From: Mobula birostris
Lineage: Eukaryota
Length of the DNA: 64,000 bases
Assembly (NCBI RefSeq): GCF_030028105.1
Contig: NC_092371.1
Span: forward strand, 205,776,031-205,840,030
Reading direction: 5' to 3'
A program made the position numbers and the translations under genes. Under the pieces are notes generated by a model, which searched no databases, had not been told where the DNA came from, and saw only the letters and a program-made list of their open reading frames with translations. Below, in pieces: positions 37,827 through 49,168 of the stretch (position 1 is its first letter; each line of letters opens with the position of its first letter).

Positions 37827-39149
37827 CCAGCAGTCATTCAAAGCCTTGCTGACAGTGTCCTAACTTGTACCAAATCATGTTCAAGCACTACTAATAAACC
37901 ACCTGAATTATACTTGCAACTGGTTTAATAATTACCTCAATGTTTCAAATTTTCATCCTGTTTTGAAACTTCATCACCCCTCTCCCCCAACCCTTCATTA
38001 TAACCTTTTCCATCTTAACTTCCACCAAGGTATCTGGTCCTGCAATTTTAATCTCATCATCATTTGCAAATTTAAAAGCTCCATCATTGGCAAAAGTACC
38101 TTTTCCTACCAAGGTCTGCAGATCCAGAATTCCTTTTTAATAAATCTCCACCACTACAGTATCTCTCTCTTTCCTTTTTTTCAAAGGGTTCTTAAAATCT
38201 CCCTGTTTGACTAAACCAAACCACCTGAATTCCTTCATATGCTCTTTGGTACCAAATTTTGTTTAATAATGTTCCTTTGAAATATGTTATACATCGAAGT
38301 TCCTGTAATAGTAAATCACTGAACATATTTCTGATTCTTCAGTGTGGAATCTGCAGTTCTGAAAGATAGATTAGATGGATCAATATTGCAATATTGATTT
38401 TTCACTTTTGTCATGACTTCATTTTAAATTGATAAGTACTTTGTCTTTTTAAAAATAGAGTGGATCGTGAATCATACACTCCCACACTCCCAAGTTAGTT
38501 CATAACTTGGTACAGTCTTAATGTATTTTGATATGAAATTGGCTATATAAGTAAAATGCTTCATAATTGCTGTTAAAATTTCACATACTATTCAGATTTG
38601 TTGAAATTTATCCAACAAGCATTTTAATAATTATTTTTTGATTTTAGCAAGAAAGAGCTACGTGATGTTTGAGATTCAAACAATGCACAAACGTAAGTTG
38701 TATCTTAGGTGCCTGATAAAGTGTTTAGACCATGAATATGGGCTATTGGCTGTGCTGAACTTTTATCCTATTATTCGATATTTAAATCAGATATCCAGTT
38801 AGCTTTGGAGAATGACTTTTATGGCATATACTTTAGCAATTTTTCTTAATTGAGCTTTGAAATATGCCAGGTTTAAAGAAATTCTATACTGGGAATCAAT
38901 ATAATCCTATAATTTTAATGAATGTATATTATCTCAGAAGTAATAAAAAGCTTAAGGTGGCCAACACCACAACTTAAACAACACCATTTCTAATTAGGAT
39001 TTAAGATTAAAAGGACCAATATTTACATACTATAGATGAGTATTTTTTGTAATCATTTTAGAACCCATCAAATCTGCAATTAATGTAACCAGCCAGCAAA
39101 TGCAAATTCAACAATAAAATTCTATTTTAAAAAGGCAATGATAATACAT

Positions 39150-39155
39150 TTTATT
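39150..39155 (-). terminator. Candidate polyadenylation signal for NT5C1B-like exon copy 1
   Basis: AATAAA on the minus strand, about 160 nt after the TAA at 39314. Confidence 0.4.
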
Positions 39156-39313
39156 AGCTTTAGTTATTTTTGATCCTAATAGAGCCTGGTTAAAATTAAT
39201 AATAAAACACACAGCTACAAAATCTTCCAGTATTGTAGCTTTAATTTTCCTTGTTGTATACAGTTGGCATTGTTAAAAAAGACATCAATGATTATGAAGA
39301 ATTATTCCAGCCC

Positions 39314-39613
39314 TTAACGGATCTTGCCTTGTGTACCAACTGCTACATTTGATTGGTTGAATGCCTGTTCATCAAAGTAAAGATGTGGGCATATTTTATC
39401 TAAAAGTACCGTTGCAGATAGGTCAGATAAGATGAATGCCTCGTCAACTTCCAGCCCCCAGCTACGAATTGTCTTCAAAGCTTTTAATCCAACAGCAGAA
39501 CCGCCCTTTTTTATGATCATGAATACTCGAATTGGACAATCCTTACGTTCATTTTTGGCATAGAACTTTTTCTGGAGTTTTCCGACTGCTTCCAAAAATC
39601 CTACGAGGGGGCC
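39314..39613 (-). CDS. NT5C1B: NT5C1B-like (cytosolic 5'-nucleotidase I) terminal exon, copy 1, divergent
   Basis: Acceptor tttcacaaatAG, then phase-0 GPLVGFLEAVGKLQKKFYAKNERKDCPIRVFMIIKKGGSAVGLKALKTIRSWGLEVDEAFILSDLSATVLLDKICPHLYFDEQAFNQSNVAVGTQGKIR*. Exon boundary matches the cN-I last exon (GPLKGFLE); FYAKNER is NT5C1B-like. Confidence 0.92.
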   Translation of the reverse strand, partial: GPLVGFLEAVGKLQKKFYAKNERKDCPIRVFMIIKKGGSAVGLKALKTIRSWGLEVDEAFILSDLSATVLLDKICPHLYFDEQAFNQSNVAVGTQGKIR

Positions 39614-41818
39614 CTATTTGTGAAACAGGTGAATTACAATTTGGAGAAACAACGAGTGCATATTTTCCAAAATTTGATAATTCAACTTGTGCTACAATTA
39701 TATTCCATTATTTCAACAACTCTTTCTCTTACTCACCAATCCCACCTCCCAGCTAAATATCCAGTCACAATTTCAGAGTTTTTCTGAACTCCAATTAGGT
39801 CTAACTTTTAATCAACCTTTACATTTCACAATAAACATATCCTTTTCCTTAGGGACAAAAATTTTGCTTCGATTCAGTCAGAGTCATTTCTGGAAGAACT
39901 TCCAGTTCTACAGAAAGTTATGGAAACTTCCTTAAAACCTGCTGCATTGTTGAAATGTTTATCTCTTTTATTTTCATTCTAACATATTTATTTCAATTCT
40001 GTAGAACCCATTCTTTTCCAATTACAGTATATTCATAAGGTTTCCAGGCATTTAGGAAAGGTTAAGGTAATATTGTTCTTTTGAAATTCTACCCCTTCAA
40101 CATTGAAAGATTTCTACAAATAGAAATGTTTCACAAAATCATGTAATTAAACTTTGTGATGATATAATGAGGGTAATGTTCCATTTGCGTCTGTAGCATT
40201 TTAAGAGCAAGTCAGGTGTGGGGTTCCAAAAATACACAACAAATATGTGAAGGTCCAAAGGTACCAGATTCTACTTGTAATTTCATTCTGGAATATTGGG
40301 GAGTAGGATGGGAAAGAGAAGGCTGAAATTCCATTTGACCCAGGAAATTTGCTGAATGCCAGAGATTGTGGACCAAGAAGAAAGAAGTACACACTTGGAT
40401 TCTCTTTGCCCCCAGTAATAAGACATGCAGACCACTTGAGGACCCAAAACCTACATCCCTGTCGGAATGAAAAATGATCAATACCTACATTAAAGATATA
40501 AGTGGTACAGATAAAAGTTAGCTTAAAAACTATCTAAAGCCAGTTCCATACTCTTCTTGCACCTCAAAAGTCATCTACTTATAGTTACATTAGCACAAAC
40601 CTTCTCCCAGTGAGAAGGTCCACAAAATCAACACACTAATTTTTTTTTAATGTAGCATGATCCTTTTACCATGAGTTAACATATCTAAATATAAACAAAC
40701 AAAACAACTTTACTTTTATCTGAATTAACTATAGTGACTGATTATATTTATACAACTTTTCAACAAACTTTTTAGTATAAATTAGGTTATGATATTTCAA
40801 ATTGAGCACATTACATTCTACTGCTGTTGTTTTCAGTTTTCCAAGGTAATAAGTGGAATTGGGACATTGCCTACTGACGCGAGCAGTGTCATGACACACT
40901 AGTTTGCAGCAGTGCAGTGATTCTAATAAACCTTCAGTACCAAGATCTCTCTGCATATACTGATGTACTCCTGGGGATACTTAAGAAATGTTAAGCTGTC
41001 CGTCCTGACTTCTGAGAAACAGTCTATTTAAAAGGAATCAAAAATATCCACAGCAAGCACCAATATAAAATTATAACAATATATTGGTTTAAACAAAGTA
41101 TATTATTTAGGCATTAAGACATTGACACAAGTGTCCAAGTGAGGCACCTTTGTGTTTGTCCATGCAGGCAGGTCTGGAAATGTGCTACATGCTTGTTGAA
41201 CTGATTGCCTCGCCTAAATATCCTTGAGCCGTAGAAGCATAATCTTGAATCTTGTTATATTAAATTAAGTAATCCGTGATAGCTGAAGAACCCTATGAAG
41301 AATTTGTCTTCTTTAGTTGTGTGCTTTCAGTAGGACTACTTCACTTCAAACTTTATTAGACATTCAGACCAAACATGGACAAAAGCATTACATTTCAGTG
41401 ACAATGAGTGCTCTTGACATCAAGGAGCAGTTAATGAAGCATACCATCATGAAGCCATGAGAAATGAAGAGAACACTCTCCACTAGCAGAAGTCCTACAA
41501 AGCAACAAAAGAATGGTTGCTGTTGTTTGAAGTAAACCATCTTTTAAGACCATTAGACTTAGGAGCAGAATTGGGCCATTTGGCATATTGAGTCTGCTCT
41601 GCCACTTGATCATAGCTGATTTAACTCTGCCATTTGACCATAGCTGATTTGATCAGCTCTCAACCTCAGTCTCTTGCTTTCTCCATGTAACATTTTATGC
41701 CCTTACTAATCAAGAATCTACCAACTTCAGCTTTAAGTATACTCAGTGACATCACCTCCACAGCCATCTGTGGTAATGAATTCCACAGATTCACCATTCT
41801 ATGGCCAAAGAAATCCTT

Positions 41819-44057
41819 CATAGAAACATAGAAAATATACAGCACAATACAGGCCCTTCAGTCCACAAAGCTGTGTCGATCATGTCCCTACCTTAGAACT
41901 ACTGAGGCTTTACCCATCACCCTCTATATTTCTAAGCTCCATGTAGCCATCCAGGAGTCTCTTCAAAGACCCTATCGTTTCCGCCTCCACCACCGCCACC
42001 GCCACCAGCAGCCCATTTCATGCACTCACCACTCTCTGCGTAAAAAACTTATCCCTGACATCTCCTCTGTACCTACCTCCAAGCACCTTAAAAATATGCC
42101 CTCTCGTGCTAACCATTTCAGCCCTGGGAAAAGGCCTCCGACTATTCACATGATCAATGCCTCTCATTATCTTGTACAACTCTATCAGGTCACATCTCAT
42201 CCTCCATCATTCCAAGGAGAAAAGGCCGAGTTCAATCAACCTATCATCATAAGGCATGCTCCCCAATCCAGGCAACATCTTTGTAAATCTCCTCTGAACC
42301 ATTTCTATGGTTTCCACGTCCTTCCTGTAGTGAGGCGACCAGGACTAGGCACGTACTCCAAGTGGGGTCTGACAAGGGTCCTATATAGCTGCAACATTAC
42401 CTCTCAGCTCTTAAACTCAATCCCGCGATCGATGAAGGCCAGTACACTGTATGCCTTCTTAACCACAGAGTCAACCTGTGCCAAGAGACTTACCATTAAT
42501 GCTATATTCTGCCATCATATTTGACCTACCAAAATGAACCACCTCACACTTATCTGGGTTGAACTCCATCTGCCACTTCTCAGCCCAAGCCCTTGCATCC
42601 TATCGATGTCCCATTGTAACCTCTAACAGCCTTCCACACTATCCACAACACCCCCAACCATTGTGTCATCAACAAGTTTACTAACACAACCATCCACTTC
42701 CTCATCCAGGCCATTTATAAAAATCACGAAGAGTACAGGTCCCGAACAGATCCCTGAGGCACACCACTGGTCACCGGCCTCCATGCAGAATATGACACGT
42801 CTACAACCACTCTTTGCCTTCTATAGGCAAGCCATTTCTGGATCCACAAAGCAATGTTCCCTTGGATCCCATGTCTCCTTACTTTCTCAATAAGCCTTGC
42901 ATGGGGTACTTTATCAAATGCCTTGCTAAAATCCATATGCACTACATCTACTGATCTACCTTCATCAATGTGTTTAGTCACATCCTCAAAAAATTCAATT
43001 AGGCTCGTGAGGCACGACCTGCCTTTCACAACACCATGCTGAATATTCCTTATCATATTATGCCTCTCCAAATGTTCATAGACCCTGCCTCTCAGGACCT
43101 TCCCCGTCAATCTACTAACCACTGAAGTAAGACTCACTGGTCTACAATTTCCTGGGCTACCCCTACTCCCTTTCTTGAATAAGGGAACAACATCTGCAGC
43201 CCTCCAATCCTTCGGAACCTCCCCCATCATCATTGATGATGCAAAAATCACAGCCAGAGGCTCAGTAATCTCCTCCCTTGCTTCCCACAGTAGCCTGGGG
43301 TACATCACGTCTAGTCCCCGTGACTTATCCAACTTGATGCTTTCCAAAAGCTCCAGCACATCCTCTTCCTTAATATCTACATGCTCAAGCTTTTCAGTCC
43401 GCTGTAAGTCATCCTTACAATCGCCAAGATCCTTTTCCGTAGTGAATACTGAAGCAAAGTATTCATTAATTACCTCTGCTATTTCATAGTCATAGTCATA
43501 GTCATAGTCATACTTGACTATGTATACTTTCCTCTGGTTCCATACACATTTTTCTACTGTTACACTTGATTGGTCCTATTTTCTCACGTCTTATCGCCTT
43601 GCTCTTCATGTACTTGTAGAACGCCTTGGGGTTTTCCTTAATCCTGTCCGCCAATGCCTTCTCATGGCCCCTTCTGGCTCTCCTAATTTCATTCTTAAGC
43701 TCCTTCCTGCCAGCCTTATAATCTTCTAGAATCCTATCATGACCTAGTTTTTTGAACCTTTTGTAAGCTCTTCTTTTCTTCCTGACTAGAATTACAACAG
43801 TCTTTGCACACCACAGATCGTGCACCCTACCATCCTTTCCCTGTCTCATTGGAATGTACCTACTCAGAACCCCATGCAAATATCCCCTGAACATTTGCTA
43901 CATTTCTTCCGCATGTTTCCCTGAGAACATCTGTTTCCAATTTATGCTTCCGAGTTCCTGCCGGATAGCCTCATATTTCCCCTTAATCCGATTAAACATT
44001 TCCCTAACTTGTCTGTTCCTATCCCTCTCCAATGCTATGGTAAAGGAGATAGAAATG
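41819..44057 (-). mobile_element. CR1 LINE, 5'-truncated
   Basis: ORFs 43508-43894, 42724-43359 (DFSKAFDKVPH, GVPQGSV) and 42018-42200; (TTTCTATG)n tail; same subfamily as 21930-22410. Confidence 0.92.
43486..43527 (-). mobile_element. Ultra-truncated Rex1-type insertion (tail only)
   Basis: (CATAGT)n-catactt matches the tail of 45666-46550; flanked by a TTTC duplication (43482-43485 and 43528-43531). Confidence 0.65.
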
Positions 44058-45049
44058 TCATCTCTATTCTAAAGAGACATCTTTGTATTCAGAGGCAGCG
44101 CTCTCTAGTCCTAGACTCTCAATATTCGAAAGGTTTCAATGAAATCCCTCCTCATTTTTCTAAACACCTATTAGTGTTTAGAAAGACTAGCCCAGAGCCA
44201 TCAAGCACTCCTCATATGTTAACCCTTTCATTCATGGGATAATCCTCATGAATCTCTTCTGGATACTTTCCAATGCCAGCACATCATTTCTTAGATAAAG
44301 GGTCCATAACTGCTTACAATACTCCAAATGTGGTCTGATCAATGCCTTATAAAGCTTCGTCCAAGGCACCATTGTAGATGTTCCCCCCGGTCAATGGTGT
44401 AAGTCAAACTTTCTTTAGCTGCTTCATCAGTGACTTCCATTCCATGTAACTAGAAGTGGTAATGCTCACTAATGATTTGTTACTACTTGTAACTTACCAG
44501 AAAATGAAGCTGACTATGCTTCCATCTAGCTAGATTTGGACAATATTCAGGTATACACTGCTATGTGAGAAATAACATACATGTCACACAGATGGTAGAT
44601 AATGAGTTTGTAACCATCTACTCTTGACAGTCAAAAGTACTGCCTTTGTTGAGTACTGGAGGGAATAGCACTTACTATGTTATTGGTCAACTGGGTAAAA
44701 CAATTAAATACTGTGGCTACTTAAATATGGGTGACTCATCTCCTGATTCACTAAACCGTTCTACCACCACAAGATGGCAAACATGATGGAATCACCTCTG
44801 CTACTTTGGAAGAATGAAGTTCCAATGCTGCTCAAGAAACTCAAAACTAACCAGGGCAATGTGGAGTGCTGACTGTTCACAGAGTCATACAATCATAGAA
44901 TCACATCCAATACTCAAACATTTATCTCTTCCACAACCAGCATCCACTAACCGTGAACTGTGTATAAAGTGCATTGCATTTATTCACCCAATATACTCCA
45001 ATGTCACCATCTAACAGCATATCCTGGAACTTCTCCTTCAAACCTATAT

Positions 45050-46650
45050 ATGTCACAATCTACAACCCTGAGGTTCCTCTTCTTCAGGCCAATCACAGTA
45101 AATACAAGAAGCACAACAGAATCAATGAAAGACCAAAACCAACAGGGCAAACAACAACCAATGTCCAAAATAAAACCCAATAAACTTTGCAAATACAAAA
45201 ATAAAGAAAAATAATAAATACATATAAGACAAACAAAAAATAAATAAATATATTAAGCACATGAGATGAAGAGTCATGGGAAGTGAGTCCATAGGTTGTA
45301 GAAATAGTTCAGTGGTGAGACAAGTGAAGTTATTTCCTCTGGTTCAACAGCCTGATGGTTGGAGGGTGATAACTGTTCCTGAAGTTAGTAGAGTGGGTCA
45401 GCAGCCTCCTGTACCTTCTTCCTGATAACAGCAGTGAGAAGAGAGCATGGCCTAGATGATGGTGGGGTGGGGTGGGGTGGGGGGGTGCGATGATGATGGA
45501 TGCTGCTTCCCTGTGACAGCACTCCATATAGATGTGCTCAATAGGTGGGGAAGGCTTTGCCAGTGATGAACTGGGCCATATCCACTACTTTTGTAGGCTT
45601 TTCCATACAAGGCATCAGTGTTCCCTCCCATACCAGGCCATCATAAATCCACTCAATATACTCTCATAGTCAGAGTCATAGTCATACTTTATTGATCCTG
45701 GGAGAAATTGGTTTTCGTTACAGTTGCACCATAAATAATATAGTAATAGAACCATAAATAGTTAAATAGTAATACGTAAATTATGCCAGTAAGTTATGAA
45801 ATAAGTGCAGGACCAGCCTATCAGCTCAGGGTGTCTGACCCTCCAAGGGAGGAGTTGCCACAGGCAGGAATGACTTCCTATGACGCTCTGTGCTGCATCT
45901 CGGTGGAATGAGTCTCTGGCTAATTGTACTCCTGTGCCCACCCAGTACATTATGTAGTGGATGGGAGACATTGACCAAGATGGCATGCAACTTAGACAGC
46001 ATCCTCTTTTCACACACCACCGTGAGAGAGTCCAGTTCCATCCCCACAACATCACTGGCCTTACGAATGAGTTTGTAAGTTCTGTTGGTGTCTGCTACCC
46101 TCAGCCTGCTGCCCCAGCACACAACAGCAAACATGATAGCACTGGCCACCACAGACTCGTAAAACATCCTCGGCATCGTCCGGCAGATATTAAAGGACCT
46201 CAGTCTCCTCAGGAAATAGAGATGGCTCTGACTCTTCTTGTAGACAGTCTCAGTGTTCTTTGACCAGTCCAGTTTATTGTCAATTCGTATCCCCAGGTAC
46301 TTGTAATCCTCCACCATGTCCACACTGACCCCCTGGATGGAAACAGGGGTCACCAGTACCTTAGCTCTCCTCAGGTCTACCACCAGCTCCTTAGTCTTTT
46401 TCACATTAAGCTGCAGATAATTCTGCTCACACCATGTGACAAAGTTTCCTACCATAGCCCTGTACTCAGCCTCATCTCCCTTGCTGATGCATCCAACTAT
46501 GGCAGAGTCATCCGAAAACTTCTGAAGATAACAAGACTCCGTGCAGTAGTTCCACAACACACCTATTGAAGTTTGTCAAAATTTTATGTGATATGCCAAA
46601 TATTTGCAAACTTCTAAGAAAGTAGAGGCACTACTGTGCTTTCTTTGTAA
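45050..46650 (-). mobile_element. Rex1/Babar LINE 3' part hosting a younger Rex1
   Basis: ORF 45330-45527 (HALFSLLLSGRRYRRL..FRNSY); resumes at 46551. Confidence 0.75.
45666..46550 (-). mobile_element. Young Rex1 LINE, 5'-truncated
   Basis: Uninterrupted 244-aa ORF 45826-46560 (QKFSDDSAIVG..LQLNVKKTKELVVD..YKYLG..LYFLRRLRSF); (GACTAT)n tail. Confidence 0.92.
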
Positions 46651-49168
46651 TCCAATTATTTACCAAGCAAAACTGAAATGGTTCAAGGAGGATCAACAGC
46701 ATCTTATTAAGGGCAATTAGGAATAGGAAATAAGTTCAGTATTTTATGCCAACAGCATCATCCTACAGAGGAACAAATAATCAAGTTTCTTGATTATATT
46801 GTTAAGATTCTGATGTAAGATTCTTCAGTTTTTTTTGTCTATTAGTTCCATGCCACGACTGACTTGTGAGATTTAAAAGAGCAATCTTTAATTGGTAGTG
46901 AACTAACTTTACTTGACTGTTGTAGGTGTTCTAGCAGGCTACGGTTTAGGAATAGAAGCAAAGAAAACTCTAAAAGCAGAAGTAGCTTACACAGCAGTGA
47001 GATTCTGCTCAGTAAGTTCTGCAGTTACTAGAAGCACATAACATAGGTTTTCTGTTGGCTGTTCTTCATTCTAGAACATAGAACAGAACAGAACAGGAGC
47101 AGGCTATTCAGCCCACAATGTTGTGCCAAACCAGCTAAAAAACAAACCAGTAACACCCAAATTTCTAATCTCTCCCATCTTCACAATGTCCACATCCACC
47201 TTCCTTACATCCATGTGCCTATTGAAATGCCTCTTAAAAGCTTCTAATGTATTTGTCTTCACCACCATATCAGGCAGCTCATTCCAGGCATTCACCACTC
47301 TTGAGTAAAAAGCTTACCCCTCACATTCCCTTTGAACCTGCCCCCTCTCACCTTCAATGCATGCGCTCTGGTGTTCGACATTTCAAACGTGGGAAACAGA
47401 TACCCCCTGTCTACTCTATCTATGCCACTCATTATCTTATAAACCTCTATCAGATCTCCCCTCAGCATGCAGCGTTCCAGAGAAAACAACCCAATTCGTC
47501 CACACTCTCATGACAGCGCATGCCCTCTAAATCAGGCAGCGTCTTGGTAAACCTCTTCTGCACCCTGTTAAAAGCCTCAACATCCTTCCTATGGGGGGGG
47601 GGGCAACTAGAACGATATGCAATACTCCAGATGTGGCCTAACCAGAGTTTTATAAATTTGCAACATAACCTCTTGTTTTTGAAATCAGTGCCTCAACTAA
47701 TAAAAGCAAGCATTCCATAAGCCTTCTTGACCACCTTATCAACCTGTGTAGACACTTTCGAGGAGCTATGACCTTGGATTCCAAGATCTCTCTGCTCAGC
47801 AACATGGTTAAGGACCTTGCCCTTAACAGTGTACTGTTAACTTGCATTTGTCGTACCAAGGGGCAACTCCTCACATTTATCTGGGTTAGACTCTATCTGC
47901 CATTTCTCTGCCCAGATCAGTCACTGATCTACATTGCACTGTATTCTTTGCCAGTCTTCTACACTATCCACAACACCACCAACCTTTGTATCATCTGCAA
48001 ATTTACCAACCTACCCATCTACATTTCCATCCAGGTCATTTACATGCATTACAAACAGCAGAGGTCCCAGCATAGATCCCATATGAACACCACTAATTTC
48101 AGACCCCCAGCTCGAATAAGTCCCTTCAACCATTACCCTCTTTCTTCTATGCGAAAGCCAGAATCCAAACAGCTAATTCGCCATAGACCCCATGCATCTT
48201 ACTGTTCTGGATTAGCCTCCCATGAGTGACTTTGTCAAACACTTTACTAAAATTCATGTAGGCAACATCCACCGCCCTACCCTCAACAATCTCTCTCGCC
48301 ACCTTTCAAAAAACTCAATTAAGTTGCTAAGGCACGACCTACCACTCACAAAGCCATGCTAACTCTCCCTAATTAGGCTATGAGTTTCCAAATACTCATA
48401 CATCCTACCCCTAAGAATTTCTCTACAACTGATATGAGACTCACCAGTCTATAGTTCCCAGGATTTTCCCTTGTTCTCTTCTTAAATAGAGGTATAATAT
48501 TAGCCAGTCACAAGTCTTCCAGGACTTCGCCTACGGCTAGAGAGGACACAAAGATACTGATCAAGGCCCCAACAATCTTGTCTGTTGCCTTCTTCAATAA
48601 CAAGGGGTAAATCCCACCAGGCCCTGGGGACATCCACCTTAATACTCATTAGGAAGCCTAACACTTCCTCCTCTTTAACATCTAAATGCCCTAACATATT
48701 TATACACTCAGCATTGATCTCCTGGTCCTCCAGATCCTTTTCTTTGATAAATACTAAAGCAAACTACTCAACAGGTACCTCCACATCCAAGCAAATGTTC
48801 CCAACCTTGAGTGGTCCCATCCTAGTTATCCTCTTGCTCTTGATGTATATATCGAATGCCTTGGGATTCACCTTAATTCTACTTGCCAAGGACTTTTCAT
48901 GTCCTTTGCTGGCTTTCCTAATTTCCTTCTTTAGTTCTTTTCTGCCTTCTTGACAATCTACATGTGCTTCATTTGATCATAATGTCTGAAGCTTTACATA
49001 CTTTTCCTTTTTCTTCTTGACTATGTTCATCACATCTCTGGACACTGAAGGTTCTCTTATCGTTCCAACCCCATCCATCCTTCCTGTACTCTGTGTAATT
49101 CATCTTTTTAACACACTCCACGTGTCTGATGTGGACTTGCCAAAGAAAGGGTGTTCCCAATTAACTCT

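Larger units (their letters stand above)
32660..38220 (+). mobile_element. Ancient L2-like LINE remnant, split by a SINE and the Gypsy element
   Basis: Decayed ttggtaacattattagaaaacat (GNIIRKH) and ggcatacttgactccacaatgaactttagatcacat; continues after 37831. Confidence 0.5.
41545..44360 (-). mobile_element. CR1 3' part split by a younger CR1 (pieces 41545-41821 and 44058-44360)
   Basis: Sequence rejoins as aaatccttcat/ctctattctaaa; TCAT is duplicated at both junctions. Confidence 0.75.

Noticed and set aside
39314-39613. Venom role for the nucleotidase copies
   Set aside because: Venom 5'-nucleotidases are normally secreted NT5E-type enzymes; these exons are cytosolic cN-I type with damaged catalytic motifs, and the species is not established.
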